A DNA stretch of 63,819 nucleotides, counting the filler, from Folioceros fuciformis (Eukaryota): assembly GCA_049999805.1 (NCBI GenBank). It is 8 parts of 8 records of this genome, joined end to end, with 100 filler letters (N's around TTAATTAATTAA, not from the genome) between each part and the next. Parts side by side here need not be neighbours in the genome. Positions count along the whole stretch, not along the records: positions 1 to 21,314 come from JBNGIO010003992.1; positions 21,415 to 27,288 come from JBNGIO010003993.1; 6 more parts are not named here. One strand, written 5' to 3'. Positions 14,107 to 26,945 of the stretch are shown here, piece after piece; position 1 is the stretch's first letter, and each line of letters starts with the position of its first letter. Below the pieces are notes generated by a model that was not told where the DNA came from, did not search any database, and saw only the letters and a list, made by a program, of their open reading frames with translations. Made by a program: the position numbers and the translations under genes.

Positions 14107-17100
14107 TGTGGAACGTGAGATTTTGGGATATGGAACGGGCTCCTATCCTACCGTGTTGAGTGTTTTGCCCAAAGTTTGGTTTGATTTGTGTCTTCTTTTC
14201 TTGTTTGTGTCTATTTGACTCTCGTTTGGTGTTCCTTGGTCTTTGGTAGTTAACTTACGCGTCAAACATACCTGCACCTTTGGTAGGTCTGAGAAGTTTA
14301 GTAGAAGATTAGTAGGTTGACTTACGGCCATTCAAGGTGAGTTTGGAAGTTTGTCAATAGGAGAATAAACTCCTAAGTCTAAATAGGGTAATAAGGGTTA
14401 GCCATTAGTTAGTGTTAATTAAGTATCCATGAATAACAAGCTTGTACGGCCGGTAGGTCAAACAACGGGAGGACGTCTTGTACTTAGGGAGATCATAGCA
14501 AATTTGGGACGTGTGAGAATGCATAGCAAGAGTAAAACGGTGGGGAGTATGCACATGTGGCCAGTATCTTCCATGGCGGCCACCATCACCAAACTGACCT
14601 GCCTCTTATGCCCACTCTTCAACTCCCTACGACAAATCGCCTACCCAAGCTCTTGTGAAGAATCAGAAGGAAGGGACAAGACTGACTGGAGGATGAAGTG
14701 TTTTTTGCTATAGGAGCGTACGCCTTAAATAGGCAGAAACGCAAGTCGAAGGCCAAGGAGTGTTGAACGTTTCTCAGTGTGTGTAGGAGTCCTTGGCCCT
14801 CAGTGTTTTCAGAATCAGTAGTTGCCTATATAAGATGGCTAGGACGACCAAGACCACTCATGTTGGGCAAAATGACAGAAATCGAAGGAGGGGAGGAGAA
14901 GGAAGCGGCTCCGCGATCCCTATCCCGACTTTGACTTGTTTTGGAGGACAACCGAACCCTCACGACCACTTGGAGTTTCGACCTTGGGCTAGTGAAGGCA
15001 ACATCCAGTTGTAGTGGATTTATGGGCGTCATTGGGCCTTTTCTTACCAAGGTCTAGTGGCGGAGTGTTACAAGAACTTGCAGCAAACGATTGAGCAGCT
15101 GGCAGCCCTGCCTGAACGGAATGCTAGGACAAACCCTCAGTGTTGGACAATCAACAGTATTTGCCAAATCTACAGTAGGCATGAGTCAGAGAGTGATGGT
15201 ATTAGCTTGCCAGACAAAATCACATATGGCAGAAGGTGTTCGACACCTTCCTTACCAGATGGAGTAGTGGACATGTTGGTTGGAGGATTACAGGCCAAGA
15301 CCAAGAATGGTTGGAGGATTACAAGCCAAGACCAAGAATGGTTGGAGGACAGACCAGATCAAGGACCACAAGTAGAAATTGATTACCAAAATTGTCTTAG
15401 GTCTTGTCAATTGTCATCGTACTTCTTATTTCAGCAATAGTTTTTTGCATTTTCTGTGGAGAGTGACTCAAGGGGAGAAACCAGATTGGGGACTAATCAT
15501 GTATGAAGCCTACACCTACCATAGGGAGAAGCTGCTACGACCCAATTCTGCAGATGAAGGAGGAGGAGCTCGACCCTGCTATTTGAACCCTTATCTGGTG
15601 CATCTCTGGCCTACTGAAGGGTTGTTGATAGATGATGAATCTGCAGATGCAAAGAGACCCTTTGCAGTCATTACCCTGAGAGATGTGGAGCCTACGAGTC
15701 AAGAGGGACAAGGAACCCACCCTACTATGCTAGTGCCAGACTCAACCTACGACATGGGTAGGGAAGAAGAAGGAGGAGCAGTGCATCTCATGAGCAGAAG
15801 GAGGGAGAAGTCCCCAATGTCAGGAAGGGAGCGAGTCATGGAGATTCTTCATGTCACACTAGCAAGTAAGGAAGCAATCCCTCCGGAAGAGAGTCCAACA
15901 GAGATGGAGCCACCTACCCAAGATAACCCAACCCTTGAAGAGTGTCTACCACAAGAGGAGGAGGACAAGGAGCAAGAGAAGAGAGATCTCTTATATGAGA
16001 TGCTAGAGTCCTGTGTGAAAATCATTAAGATTGATTGGCAAGGAGACCTGCTAATTCAGTTGCTTGCCCAAATCACTAAGTTGAAGCACTCACTAGACAC
16101 TACTTAATCTGAATTATTGGAAGCGCGTCAGCAAGTTGTGGGTTTGGAAGAGAAGAGACAGCAAGATGAGGCTACATTGAGAGAGGGTGTCACAACTACA
16201 AAATCTGGAGGCTCAGCTAGAAGAGCGCAAGAATGAAGTAAAGAACAAGGACGCATAAATTCAACGACTGACTGAAGAACAGTCTTGCCTACAGCAGGAG
16301 AGGAAGAAGGATCAGTTGTGATTTGAGAAGTTGAAGCAGTAGAAGGGGAACTTGGAACTTCAACATGCCTCCCAGATTCACAGGATGTTGGTTATCAGGA
16401 ACCGTAGATTTCGAGTGGACTACACCATCTAGTTTGGTTTGCTAACCCAACTTCATCTCTTATAGGAAGAGAATGTGGCTCTACAGTTCAAAGTAGGAAG
16501 ACTAACCTTTGAGAGAGATGCCTACCTGCAATGTGTGCAAGCTGACCCTCTGGATTTGGAAGGACTTGAACTGACTTTGGAGGAGGAAAGGGTTCACCTA
16601 CATAGCAAGATTTTGAAGACCAACCAAGAGCTGCTGAAGATTGCTAAGAGGAAGGCTATTGAGCCTCATGAAGACGACCGAGCTGAGCTGAAGAAGTCCA
16701 TACTTCCCATGACAGGATGGACTGAAGATAGTGACATGGATAGAGAAGATTCTAAGTGGGATGAGGTACTTGAGTAGAAGGAAGAAGAATGGGCGAGAGA
16801 AGCCACTGAAACACTGACTATTATAGCGGACCTACCACCATAAGGGGGACTTGTTGTCGAACCACCTACAAAGATAGAAGAGAGTAAACCTACGAACAGT
16901 GGAGGGGGACAATTGGAGGAAGGAGAACCTACTGTGGAGGAGGGAAGAGAGCGAGAAGAGGTGCAAGAGGCAACAAAGGACAAAACTATGCAGGCAGAAA
17001 GAAGCCTACATGCGCCGATGGGGACCCTACGCATTTGGGAGGAAAAGATCAGGACCTGAAGAAAGACAGCCAACTAGTGCTGCCAACTATCTAAGAGTCT

Positions 17101-17968
17101 CAAGTAGCAGAGAATCTTTCTTTGCAGAGTGATCCAGCCTCACTTCAACCTTCTATAGTGGTATCCAAGGGAGCGAAGCGCCCTTTTGTTGAAGATATTA
17201 ATACTTCACCCTTGTAGGATTCCAAGAGGCAGCAACGAGGAGATTAGGTGGAGAGTTGCAATGAGAGGACAAGAGCTGATTGCGGGGTGGCTAGGGGAGC
17301 AAAATCAAGAAAGACATCATGAGCTCCCTCTTACATCGAAGCTAGCTAGGTTATAGCGACAAGGTGAATCTAGGGAGTTGGATGCGGTGGAAGAGAGGCA
17401 ACCGTCTAAAACTCGATGCTTGATTGCCAAAATTAAAGAAGACATTCTGCTAGAGGTTGGTTTATACAAGTGAAGGTCAAATGGGTGAATGAGGGAGACT
17501 ACCCTTCTAAGTTTTTCTTTAATAGGCTCACAACCAACCAGCATAGATACATGATTTTGGCAATGGATGAAGATGGGGAAATTGGCAAGTACATGTGTCT
17601 TCAATTTATACGAAAAGCAATAGGTCTTCGGCTATTGGAGCTAAACTTGGTTGCCAAGAATCATGGTGATCAACCATATTCTAACTACCTCCCTTTGGTA
17701 TTATTTATTCATGTGGGCTGTGTCAAAGCAAGATCTGAAATGGTTGTCATGATTGCAACATATATGACTTCTAGAACCTTGGTATAGCAAGTCTGGGAAC
17801 AGGTTTTTATCACAACAAAAGAGTTGAGGGTAGCATCCCCTCATAGAATCAAGAGGAAAGACTAGAGGATGGTCAGTTTCCTTGTGAATGGAAAAGAAAC
17901 CCATTAGAATCACGTATGCCCGTAGAGGGGGCAGCACAATGGTGAGGGTTAACACGTCCTCGTTCACA
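14107..17968 (+). mobile_element. 3.86-kb TG..CA unit of a related, more diverged subfamily (copy C) with a homologous ORF1
   Basis: Ends TGTGGAACG and CGTTCACA form an inverted repeat; no TSD is visible. Decayed ORF at about 14835-17130 contains LVAECY, RTNPQCWTINSICQIYS, KTKNGW, GEKPDWGLIMY and YLNPYLVHLW, then a coiled coil. Confidence 0.65.
17450..17585 (+). mobile_element. LINE ORF2 fragment inside element C
   Basis: VKWVNEGDYPSKFFFNRL..ILAMDEDG resembles the L1 ORF2 pre-RT motif W..EGD..(T/S)(K/.)FF. Confidence 0.55.
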
Positions 17969-19699
17969 TACGCATAAAGCGTTGACTATTCTCCTATTAG
18001 CCGGTGATTGATAGATAGGTGGTTGTTAGTTTTGGAAATTCATGGGTGGCAAGATGTCCTCAATGTCTTGTCTTCTATTTGTAATTTGGTGTTAGCCTAA
18101 GGTTGTGTTAATATGATTTTTCCCACAAAAAAAAGGCCAAATGAAATGGCTATCAAGACTGACGAATAGTGGCAACCCTGCCTTGCTAAGCTAATACAAA
18201 CCATGTAGAATAGAGACAAATTTTTTATAAGACCTACCCTAGCACATAATTTGTACAATATAGTGCAATGTTGGCCATTTAGAAACCCTAACCTTCATTG
18301 TCATATTGATGAGTTGCTGGAATCATTGACTACCTATACCCAAACAAGCACCCACAACTCTCCTTTATATCCCTCCTAGAAATCCTCATTATTTTCTAAA
18401 AATTAGGGTCACACATGCATTTGATGGCAACGGAAACATGAAAGGATTTGATAACATTGCACAAGTAACACCAATAGAAAGTGGCTTTCATTTACTTTGG
18501 AAAAACAAGATGGAAAAACACATCTACCTCCAAAGAGGGGATAAATCAGATTGGGACACTAGAAGCTACCCCCTAAAGCCTAATGACTACCAATACCACC
18601 TAAAATATCATGGTTTGGAAGGAGAAAGGGTTTACCTACCACTGGATTTGCTGATGCAGCCTCTCTTGCTAATGTCATTTTCATGTATATGGCATTAGCG
18701 AACACTTTTTGTAGAGCAATGAAAACCCTTTGCCGAAAGAACGCAACAATACACGAAAAAGGAAGACCAAGCATTTTTCTTGTTATGAACCATATTGGCC
18801 CAAGACTTCAAAACTTGGAAAATGCTTTGCACATGGCCGTGGGTCTTAATGGTAAGGGGGATAAAGTGTGTAAGCTTGTAGAGGAGTATACTTCTGAATA
18901 TTGGTCAATGCACTCTCCTTTGCCGCCCAACCCAAGGTGAAACCTCATCGTAGTAGAGAATGTGTTTGGAGCGATTCAAAAAGCTTAGATGCTACTCAAG
19001 CCAAGAGCCAAGAATGTGCGCCCTTTCCTAAGCGCAAACGGAGCTGCACCCGAACAAGCCTAGGGATAGAAGAATCTCGAAGAAGACTAAGCCTAGTTGT
19101 ATTCTTTCTTGAGAAGAGAAGCTTGTTGTCGTGCTTTAACAGATCCAAAAGCCTTCAACATCGAATCTCTTCAATACCTAAGACTATATGAACTTAATAT
19201 GTGTACATATACTTACTTATATTCATATGTGTATCGGGTGGCTAGCCCCGATATTGATATAAGCGTATATTTTTGCAATAGTGCACACACAATTCCTCCC
19301 CTTGGGTGCTTCCTCCCTATCATGCACACCAAGGCTACTAGTCATCTTTCCACTCTTTGGTGGCTCACTTCACTCGAGATTGGTGAAGGGAATGGCTTGC
19401 CTATACCCTCTCTCTCAATATGAGTGGGTGATCACAACTCATAACACACAATGCCTCCCCTTGGGTCCTTCCTCCTCATTGTACACACCAAGTGTAAGCA
19501 CGACTTTGAACAACAAGATGTAGAGAGAATGGGACAGTAAATTATGGAAGTTCAAACGGGACACAAGAGTCGTGAGGACTAGAAGCAAGGGCAAGGTGGA
19601 AAGCAAGGATGGTGGTAGGGATAGGTAGCGGAGGACGTGACGAACAATGGTGAGAAATAGGGCAGAGCGTGGTGGAAGATTGGAGTCTGAACGGAAGTT

Positions 19700-21314
19700 C
19701 GTCCAACTGTCTAGTGACTGTTAGGCCTTACCACGACGACACGACGGAGGTGGTAGGAGTGGAATGGGCCGGTGGTGGGGTAGCAGTCATTGGTGAGGTG
19801 GGTCCATGAGGAGATTCTTCTCCTCCTATTTTGATGGGCACAGCAACGGATCCTGCCCGGAGCGAGATGGTCAGGAGCCGGGTCTTGGCTGTGGGGGAAG
19901 AACCTGGTCACGGGTTCTTCCCCTGTAGTCGAGAGGGTCCGAGTCTGCTAGGTTAGCAGGGGCAGTCCGTGGACATGGAGAGGGCATTGGAGCCTCCTTA
20001 GCCGTCACCTCCTCTGCGTTTTCTCGGAGAACCAGGAGTACTTTGCTGTGGAAGAAGGCCTGTAGTTGTCGTCCAACTACTGGATGGCATCACCCACCAT
20101 CCTCTGGAGCATTCAATACTTTGGTCACGACTGAACCTCAGGTAGGTCGGCATGTTGGGTTGCAGCCACCTCAACGTACCTCCAGAGTTCCTTAGGGCTG
20201 ACAGGGTTGTTGTTTCTTCTTGGAGGTGTAGGTTGGTAACTGCTTCCACCTGCATCCGGATAAGGCCAACCTCGGTGTCGACATTCCAAGCCTTAAACTC
20301 CGTCAGCTCGGCCTAAAGTTCCCCGTTCTCAGTGCGAAGCTTCTGCATTTGGTCCATCCGTCCCTTTCGCTCCTCGTCCCACAGCTGGCCATGGCTCAAT
20401 ATGTTCTCCCACATGAGCGCGAGCTCCGCTTGCAAGGTCTGGACCTCATGTTGGGCCATCTTCTCCTCAGCCTATACACTCCAGAGCTTACCTTGTAAAT
20501 CCTCCACTTAGCGGACCGCCTCTACTCCTTTTCGTGTGAGCTCCTTCTCTGCGTCAAGAGCCCGATTTCTCTCTCCAATAATAGTGGTCCCGGTTCGCGG
20601 TTTGCTGTTTATAGACCTCCTAGAGGTCCGTCTCCCACTTTAGCTAGACCCTTCGCTCCTCGACATGTGTAGCCTCCATTGCGAGGCTTTCATGTTCTCA
20701 CAGCTAGATATACTCGGACTATGCTTCCTCGAGCTGCCAATTCAAGGCTCCCACCTATTTTGGGCCCTTGCTCCTGAGCTCCTTTGTGCTGTAGTCACGC
20801 TCCTCTTGGAGTTTACCAAACTCCTCTTAAAGTTTAGTGGTGAGTTTGCCACACGCTCATTAAGAGCAATGAATTGCGCTGCCAGCTCAATCATCTACCT
20901 TCAAAGGGCTATGTTCTTGCCCTCCCTGGCAGCTACCTGCCCGAATAACCAGGCTAAACCCTTGGCTACGGCTGTCACAATACCTTGTGCAACCTGTATT
21001 GCCCCTTTTGCAGTGGGTCCAAAAGTACAATCGGTAGTTGGGAGGCAATCGGGCCCTCCCAAAGGATGTCTAGATAGCCCATCGCATGTCCTCAGGATTA
21101 GTAATCCCAACCTCGATCAAGTCCTTCAGGACGACGGACCAAGGGAGTAGTCTTCTCAAGTCCCGCTCCTCTTCTGCAGGCCTTGGCGCTAGAGGAGGGA
21201 TGATCCCGGTTGGTGGTGAATTGGGAGAACAGAGTCCCCTCCCCTTTTTCCTACATGCAATGATGGAGGCCGCTTTACTCCGAATGGCCCTATGTCGTGC
21301 TACTCGTTGTAGTC
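19700..21314 (-). mobile_element. Decayed coiled-coil ORF of a further related subfamily, cut by the contig end
   Basis: AIQVAQGIVTAVAKGLAWLFGQVA aligns with MVQAQADVLDQVARALIWLSRQA of the B-family ORF1. It is followed by E/K/R/Q-rich heptads with many stops. Confidence 0.5.
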
Positions 21315-21414
21315 NNNNNNNNNNNNNNNNNNNNNNNNNNNNNNNNNNNNNNNNNNNNTTAATTAATTAANNNNNNNNNNNNNNNNNNNNNNNNNNNNNN
21401 NNNNNNNNNNNNNN
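21315..21414. other. Artificial contig-joining spacer
   Basis: N44-TTAATTAATTAA-N44, with stops in all six frames. Confidence 0.97.
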
Positions 21415-22072
21415 GCTGCGCCCTAGCCCGGCGGCTATGCCCTAGCTGCCAGCTGCGCCCTAGCCCGGCGGCTATGCCCTAGCTGCCAGCTGCGCCCTAG
21501 CCCGGCGGCTGTGCCCTAGTTGCCGGCTGCAGCGGCGCCCTAGCTCCTCCTAGATGTCCATCTTCTTGCCTTGTGCCTCCGCTCATAGTACCTACAATAG
21601 GTACAACCATCTTGCTCCACAACCGGGCTCTAATACCACTTGAAAAGGGTCGATAGAGGAGCATGGTGAAGGAGAGGAGAGAAGAAGAGAGAAGGAGAGG
21701 AGAAAGAGAGGTCTCACAGTGTCTCTAACATCTCTATTGCAAAGGGAGCTCAAGAGGGTATTTATACCCTCTAGAAAAGCTCCCAAGGAAGCTTCACAAG
21801 AAGCTCACAGGAAGCTATGCAGGAAGCTTCCTAAAGATTAGCTTAAGCTAATGATACTTAATTAGACACTAATCTTAGACTAATTACATTAGTCTAATTA
21901 AACTAATCACATTGGTTTAATTAGACTAATCACATTAGTCTAATTAAACTAATCACATTGGTTTAATTAGACTAATCACATTAGTCTAANNNNNNNNNNA
22001 TTAAACTAATCACATTGGTTTAATTAGACTAATCACATTAGTCTAAGCACATTGGGCTTTAATAACCCTACA
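21415..22072 (-). mobile_element. 5' LTR (21641-22072), tRNA-iMet PBS (21626-21638) and start of the internal region of an LTR retrotransposon
   Basis: On the minus strand: TGTAGGG...TTTTCA, then AG, then TGGTATTAGAGCC (1 mismatch to the iMet PBS TGGTATCAGAGCC). A 37-bp tandem repeat occupies 21415-21545. It is inserted into the element at 22073-22914. Confidence 0.85.
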
Positions 22073-22914
22073 GAAAGAGACTGCTTCTGGCTAGAGTTTT
22101 ACTCACAAGACCTTAAGTCTCTTCTTCCTAAGAGCAATCTGGTGTGGAATCACGCTGCCTTGCGTGAACCAGATTGTCTCATGCTCTATGTCCTCATAGA
22201 CTCTTGACGATCTGCCCACAAAGCTCCCGTGAGATTTCGTGTCAATTCCTTCTGTGCTGCCAAGCTAGGGTTAGCACACTTTCTTGTAGCTACTGAGGCA
22301 ACTTCAGTTGTTGCCTCCACTTGTCAGCCCTTCCATAGAGCAATGGGGATCAACAGCCCGTCCAGTAAGCTGACAGGGCCTTGTCGCCCTTCTCCTCACT
22401 TCCTGCACACACTGATATGAGAGTTAGCTGCCGGGACGCTTGCTACCAAACTCCCTTCAAGCTGCTCCAGCTCCTGGTGTGCACTCTTGCTGCCTCTTGC
22501 AGCACCTCCTACGCCAATCTTGCTCCCCCCTCAGGTGTAGCCGCCTCCCTTAGGTGTAGCCACTTGGCTCTCAGGCTCTGGGCTACGCTTGGCAATCTGG
22601 CTCTCAAGCTCTGATACCATGTCAATAGGATCGACTCTAGTCTATGTGCAAGTGTAGGAGAGGAGAGGAGAGAAGAGAGGGTGGTATTGGTTGGTGGTCA
22701 CAACCAAAAACAATACACATCACCACTATCTTACTATGGAGGTCCGAGGTCTCCATTTAAGTAGTACATTTAGGGCTACACAACTTCCAAGTTCAATATG
22801 GGATAATCTACACTATCCTAAGTTCATTAATAACTAGAGCTAGTTTAGTATGAACCCAACCAGGATAACTAACACCACATGAGTTTAGCTTATATAGAGC
22901 TCGATAACTCAACA
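22073..22914 (-). mobile_element. 5' LTR (22620-22914), perfect iMet PBS (22608-22619) and leader of a second LTR retrotransposon
   Basis: On the minus strand TGTTGAG...TTGACA is followed immediately by TGGTATCAGAGC. It sits at the 3' end of the LINE ORF1. Confidence 0.8.
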
Positions 22915-25900
22915 AGAGGGGGGTGGAGTGTGACTCAGTGTGTGGCTGGGTAGGTTAGGAGGAGACGGGAGTGCAGACAATCCCTAATGTTGGAGTCTGC
23001 CAGGCACCCCGACCACCTACATCCTGCCTGCCCGTCTCCTCAAAGCCCAACATTAACAAATCTGTCGGGATTTCCACGTGACAATCCTCGACCGCCTCCC
23101 CAGAGGCTACCCCCATAGGGACCTTCTGGCAGGTAGCGGGCCCCCGAGTAGCCGAACTCCCTTCACCTTCTTGGACAAACTCAGCCTGGGGACTGCCAAC
23201 ACCGAGAGCCGACAACACACTCAACTCACCCCGACCTGACTGTCGATGTTCGGTCACATCACTCAGATGCCTCACAACAGCAACTTTGTCTTTGCCAGTG
23301 ACCCCAGCGTGTTCGTGATCACCCGTCATAAGGTAGCTGCCAACCCTCAGGACACCCTCCATCCACTCCCATCCTGCACCTGTGGCCAAGTCGGCACCAT
23401 TCTTCTGAGCCATGAGGGAAGGCATCGACGAGTCTGCTTGCGCCGACACCAGGCTCCCCTCGATAGGCTGGATCACCGCCTCGACAGCACTTCTCACATC
23501 CGAAGCCTCCTCCTCCCCAAGCTTGTCGATGGGAGAGTCTTGCGTCATTTCCCCACAACCCCCAATCCCCATTTCTAGAGAAGTCTCGCTGAATCGTGCT
23601 TGCCAAGGGCAGTCATCTAAAGCCCCAAGAGGGGCTCGTTGAGGTCTCCTGCTGGGTAAGCTTTCCGGACCGTCCACACCTGCTGCCCAGATGTATCCAC
23701 CCTCCGTCTGCTCCTGCGGTGATCTTCCCTTGCCTCCCCTTGTCGGTACGAGGGGAAGCCCAGATCCCACAGCCGGAGCCAACTCCAAGGACCCCTTCAG
23801 GGCCAAGATACCTGCTGATCTCTCATTGTTACTGTCCTACATCGCTCTAACCCTTGCAGGCTTTTCTACCAACACCCTTGTCTCCTCTCCTTTCCGGGGC
23901 AGACAGGCACCACCAGCCTCCATCCCTTGACAGTGAACAAGATCACTGCATAGCCCTGGATCCTGCAACCGCAACGAGTTGTTTTGGCCTTCCTTAACCT
24001 CTCCGTGGTGTGTCACTGACTCCCCCGACTCCCTCCTACTCGCATGCTCAGTGAGTGCATTCACCACAAGATTTTGCACCTCCCGTGCAGACATCTCCTG
24101 AGAGCCTGACCCAGAAGTCTTCGTCGGACTCAGAGCTTCCAATTTGTGCACCTATCTCCAGACTCGCTGACATGCACCCTTACAAGCTGCCAAAAAATTC
24201 CCATTGCCCACAGGCTCGCCAGAGGCCACCACCCATTCCTCCACCCCCTCAAGAACAGTATCCAGGGTTACTCCAGAAAAACCCAGCGGAGTGGGGATCT
24301 TACTGTGAACGGTCAGTAACACTTCTGAGGTACTATGAGGCTTAGCAGCATCAAACACTGCCTTCAAGTCTTTCTTGGCCGGTGCACTCTCGAGGCATGC
24401 AACTTGGCTCTCTTTGAAAGGGTCGCAGAATGGGTTTGCTGAAACCGATCCTGCTCTCTGGGTGCACTCGTCAATGTCAAGGTCTACCTCCATAAGTACA
24501 ACATCCTCTGTTGCCATGTCTTCTGCCCATCTGAGCTCCCAAGGGCCTGGCAGTTTAATTGAGATCGGGGCCGTGAGTAAGCCCGAAAACCCAAGGTGAG
24601 CCTTGAAAACCACCCTAGATGCTAGTGTAACCCTACCTTTGCCAAACTTCGCGTCTTTAATGTAAGCCAACACCTGCGGTTCCCCCATCCAGTGAGACAC
24701 ACTGTTGTCCCGAATTTTGCACTCCTCTCCCAACTCAATCAGGGTGATCACAAACAGAATGGAAGAGGATTCTTCCAATCGGTGGCACGCCATACTATGC
24801 CTAGCCCCTTGAAGGAACTTTCTCCCTGTTAGGTCGTCTAACCCCAGCCCCGCCTGCAGCATGACCCGAGACCTCAACTTAACAGTATCCCAAAACACGG
24901 GGAGCTGATGCCATGTCGCTGCCCCTATCTGGAGGGAGCACGTAGGCAAAGCTCTGAAATCTCCGACCTTCAGCATCCATTAGTAAAAAACTTTGTCCAC
25001 CTTCTTCCTCATGAGCACACAAACTTGGATGTGTGTGTTACCTGCATCCGCACTACCTGAGAAAAAAACTTTCTGGATTCGACTTGCCCACTACTGCATT
25101 CCGGGGTTGGACCTCCAAGATTTCTTGAGCACACCTTGAAAGCCCGGTAGTGGACCTGAATGGGCCTTCTCCGATTGGCCCCCTCCATTACCCACTCTAA
25201 CTTGAAGAGGGCAAGTCTGCTTGAGGTGACTTTTCAAGCCACAAACGCCACACCTGACGAGCAGATCTGGGTAGTCAAAAAGCTGCATAAAATATCTAGC
25301 TGGGTCCTCCGGATCACGAACAATGACACCTTCAGGCAGGTCCAGGAGGCTGTCAACCCTAACGCCAAAAGGCAGGGGCTTGCAACTGTAAAAAAAAAGC
25401 GAATCCACCTTGGGAACCTCCACCACTCGGCCTATAGTCCCCAAGATCTTGCGTATCATTGGAATGAGCTGCACAGGAAGAGCAGGAAGCCCCACCCAGA
25501 GGAACTGCCTCTTGATTTTCGACTGCATAATTGTGTTCCCCGGGGACTAGGCCTCCACCAGCACCGGGGTGGAGTCTTGAAATGGCAGCGTTGTGTGTAG
25601 GATTGCCTGCGCTCCCGCTACCTCATCACACTTGATCTGAAAGGAACCGTCGGCCTTCAAGAACACATATGCTAGCGGGCACCCCGAAACTTGCGTCACC
25701 CAATTCTCCAACTCCTCCACGGAAGGAGGGCCACCGGATAACAACCGCCCCACAACCGAGCTGGCAGCGAGTTTGTCTTCCTGCTGAAAGTACCTCGCTT
25801 CAGTAAGAACATCTGCCAGAGGGCCCAGCTGGATGCCTAGCCCCTCTTTTGTCAAAACCGAGGCAGTGGCTTGAGAGGTGTCCGCCTGTGCCGGCTCATG

Positions 25901-26110
25901 AGCATAATCCTCCTCAGTCGACCGTACCTGAGCGACTGTCTCAGCTTCAACTTTTGTCCGGCTAGCGTCAGATGGATTAGGGTCCTTCCCCCCGTGTTTA
26001 GCCCCCTCGCACTCTGTTTACTAGAACACATGCCGACCACGGCTATCCATGTGCCAACTTTTGAGCTCCCCTTAGGGGGCTCATCGCTTCCATTGGGGCC
26101 TCAAGCTAGG
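22915..26110 (-). mobile_element. L1-like LINE ORF1 (DUF4283/RRM-like region plus CX2CX4HX4C knuckle), decayed, with a long C-terminal extension
   Basis: SSVVGRLL..PPSVEELENW, GSFQIKC, VLVEA*SP, FLWVGLPALP..IRKILGTIGRVV, CGVCGLKSHLKQTC. The region is one reading frame from about 25950 to 22955, broken by scattered stops. No ORF2 is present. Confidence 0.8.
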
Positions 26111-26369
26111 CCGTTAGTAGCACCACCTTCATCGCCCGTCACTGAAGTTTCATCTTGATCAGGCCAGACCTACCCCGTGTCAAAGTTGTTCGTGGAAAAC
26201 GAAACTTGCATGCCGCTACATACAGAAGTTATCATACCAGTTTGTACTTAATATTTTTATCTAAATGTCTAACAAGTTTTCGTTATTTTCAGGCGGTAGT
26301 GCATCCTGGTCGCGATTGAGGACGTATAGGTTTCTGCGAATCAAAGTCCTCGTTTGGGAGGGAAGTTGT

Positions 26370-26945
26370 CTTTGGCGGGTCAGAGAAGCGATTGTTGCCG
26401 ATTAGCAGCATGGTGCAATTCGGGGAGGCGCCTGCTTCCAGCGGGATGCTGCCGTTCAAGAGATGGTTGGACAGGTTGATGTAGTCCAGTCTGGGGCTAC
26501 CCCAGAGCTCCTTGGGGAAGCTGCCGCTTATGTAGTTGCTATCGATGCGAAGGCCGTGGAGGGAGCTGCAGTTGGCGTAGGAGGCTGAGAAGGGCCCAGA
26601 GAAGGAGTTGAACTGGATGGCGAAGGTGCTTAGCTGGCCACCATTGCATGCGGCCCAGGGCTCGGGCCCGGAGAAGTTGTTGGACGCTATCTGAAAGTCC
26701 TATAACGGGCTGCTGGCGCTGAAGGTCAGTGGGAAGGGCCTGGTCAGCAGGTTGTTGAAGATGGTGAAGTTGGTGAGCTTCGTCAAGCTGGCCATGGCTT
26801 CCGCCACACTACTTGTGAGCGAATTGTTCCTCGAGGAGAACAACATCAAGTTCTTCCACTCTCCCAAGTCCTGCGGGCATTCCCCACTCAACTAGTTCCC
26901 GACCCCAAAAAAATCCTCCATGTTCACTAGCTTCCCCATCCCAGA
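26370..26945 (-). pseudogene. Fragment of an LRR receptor-like kinase ectodomain (resembles subfamily XI, HAESA/CLV1-like)
   Basis: Successive 24-aa plant LRRs: N*LSGECPQDLGEWKNL, NNLLTRPFP, FQIASNNFSGPEPWAACNGGQLSTFAIQFNSFSGPFSASYANCSSLHGLRIDSNYISGSFPKELWGSPRLDYINLSNHLLNGSIP. There are two in-frame TAG stops and no transmembrane or kinase part. Confidence 0.85.
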
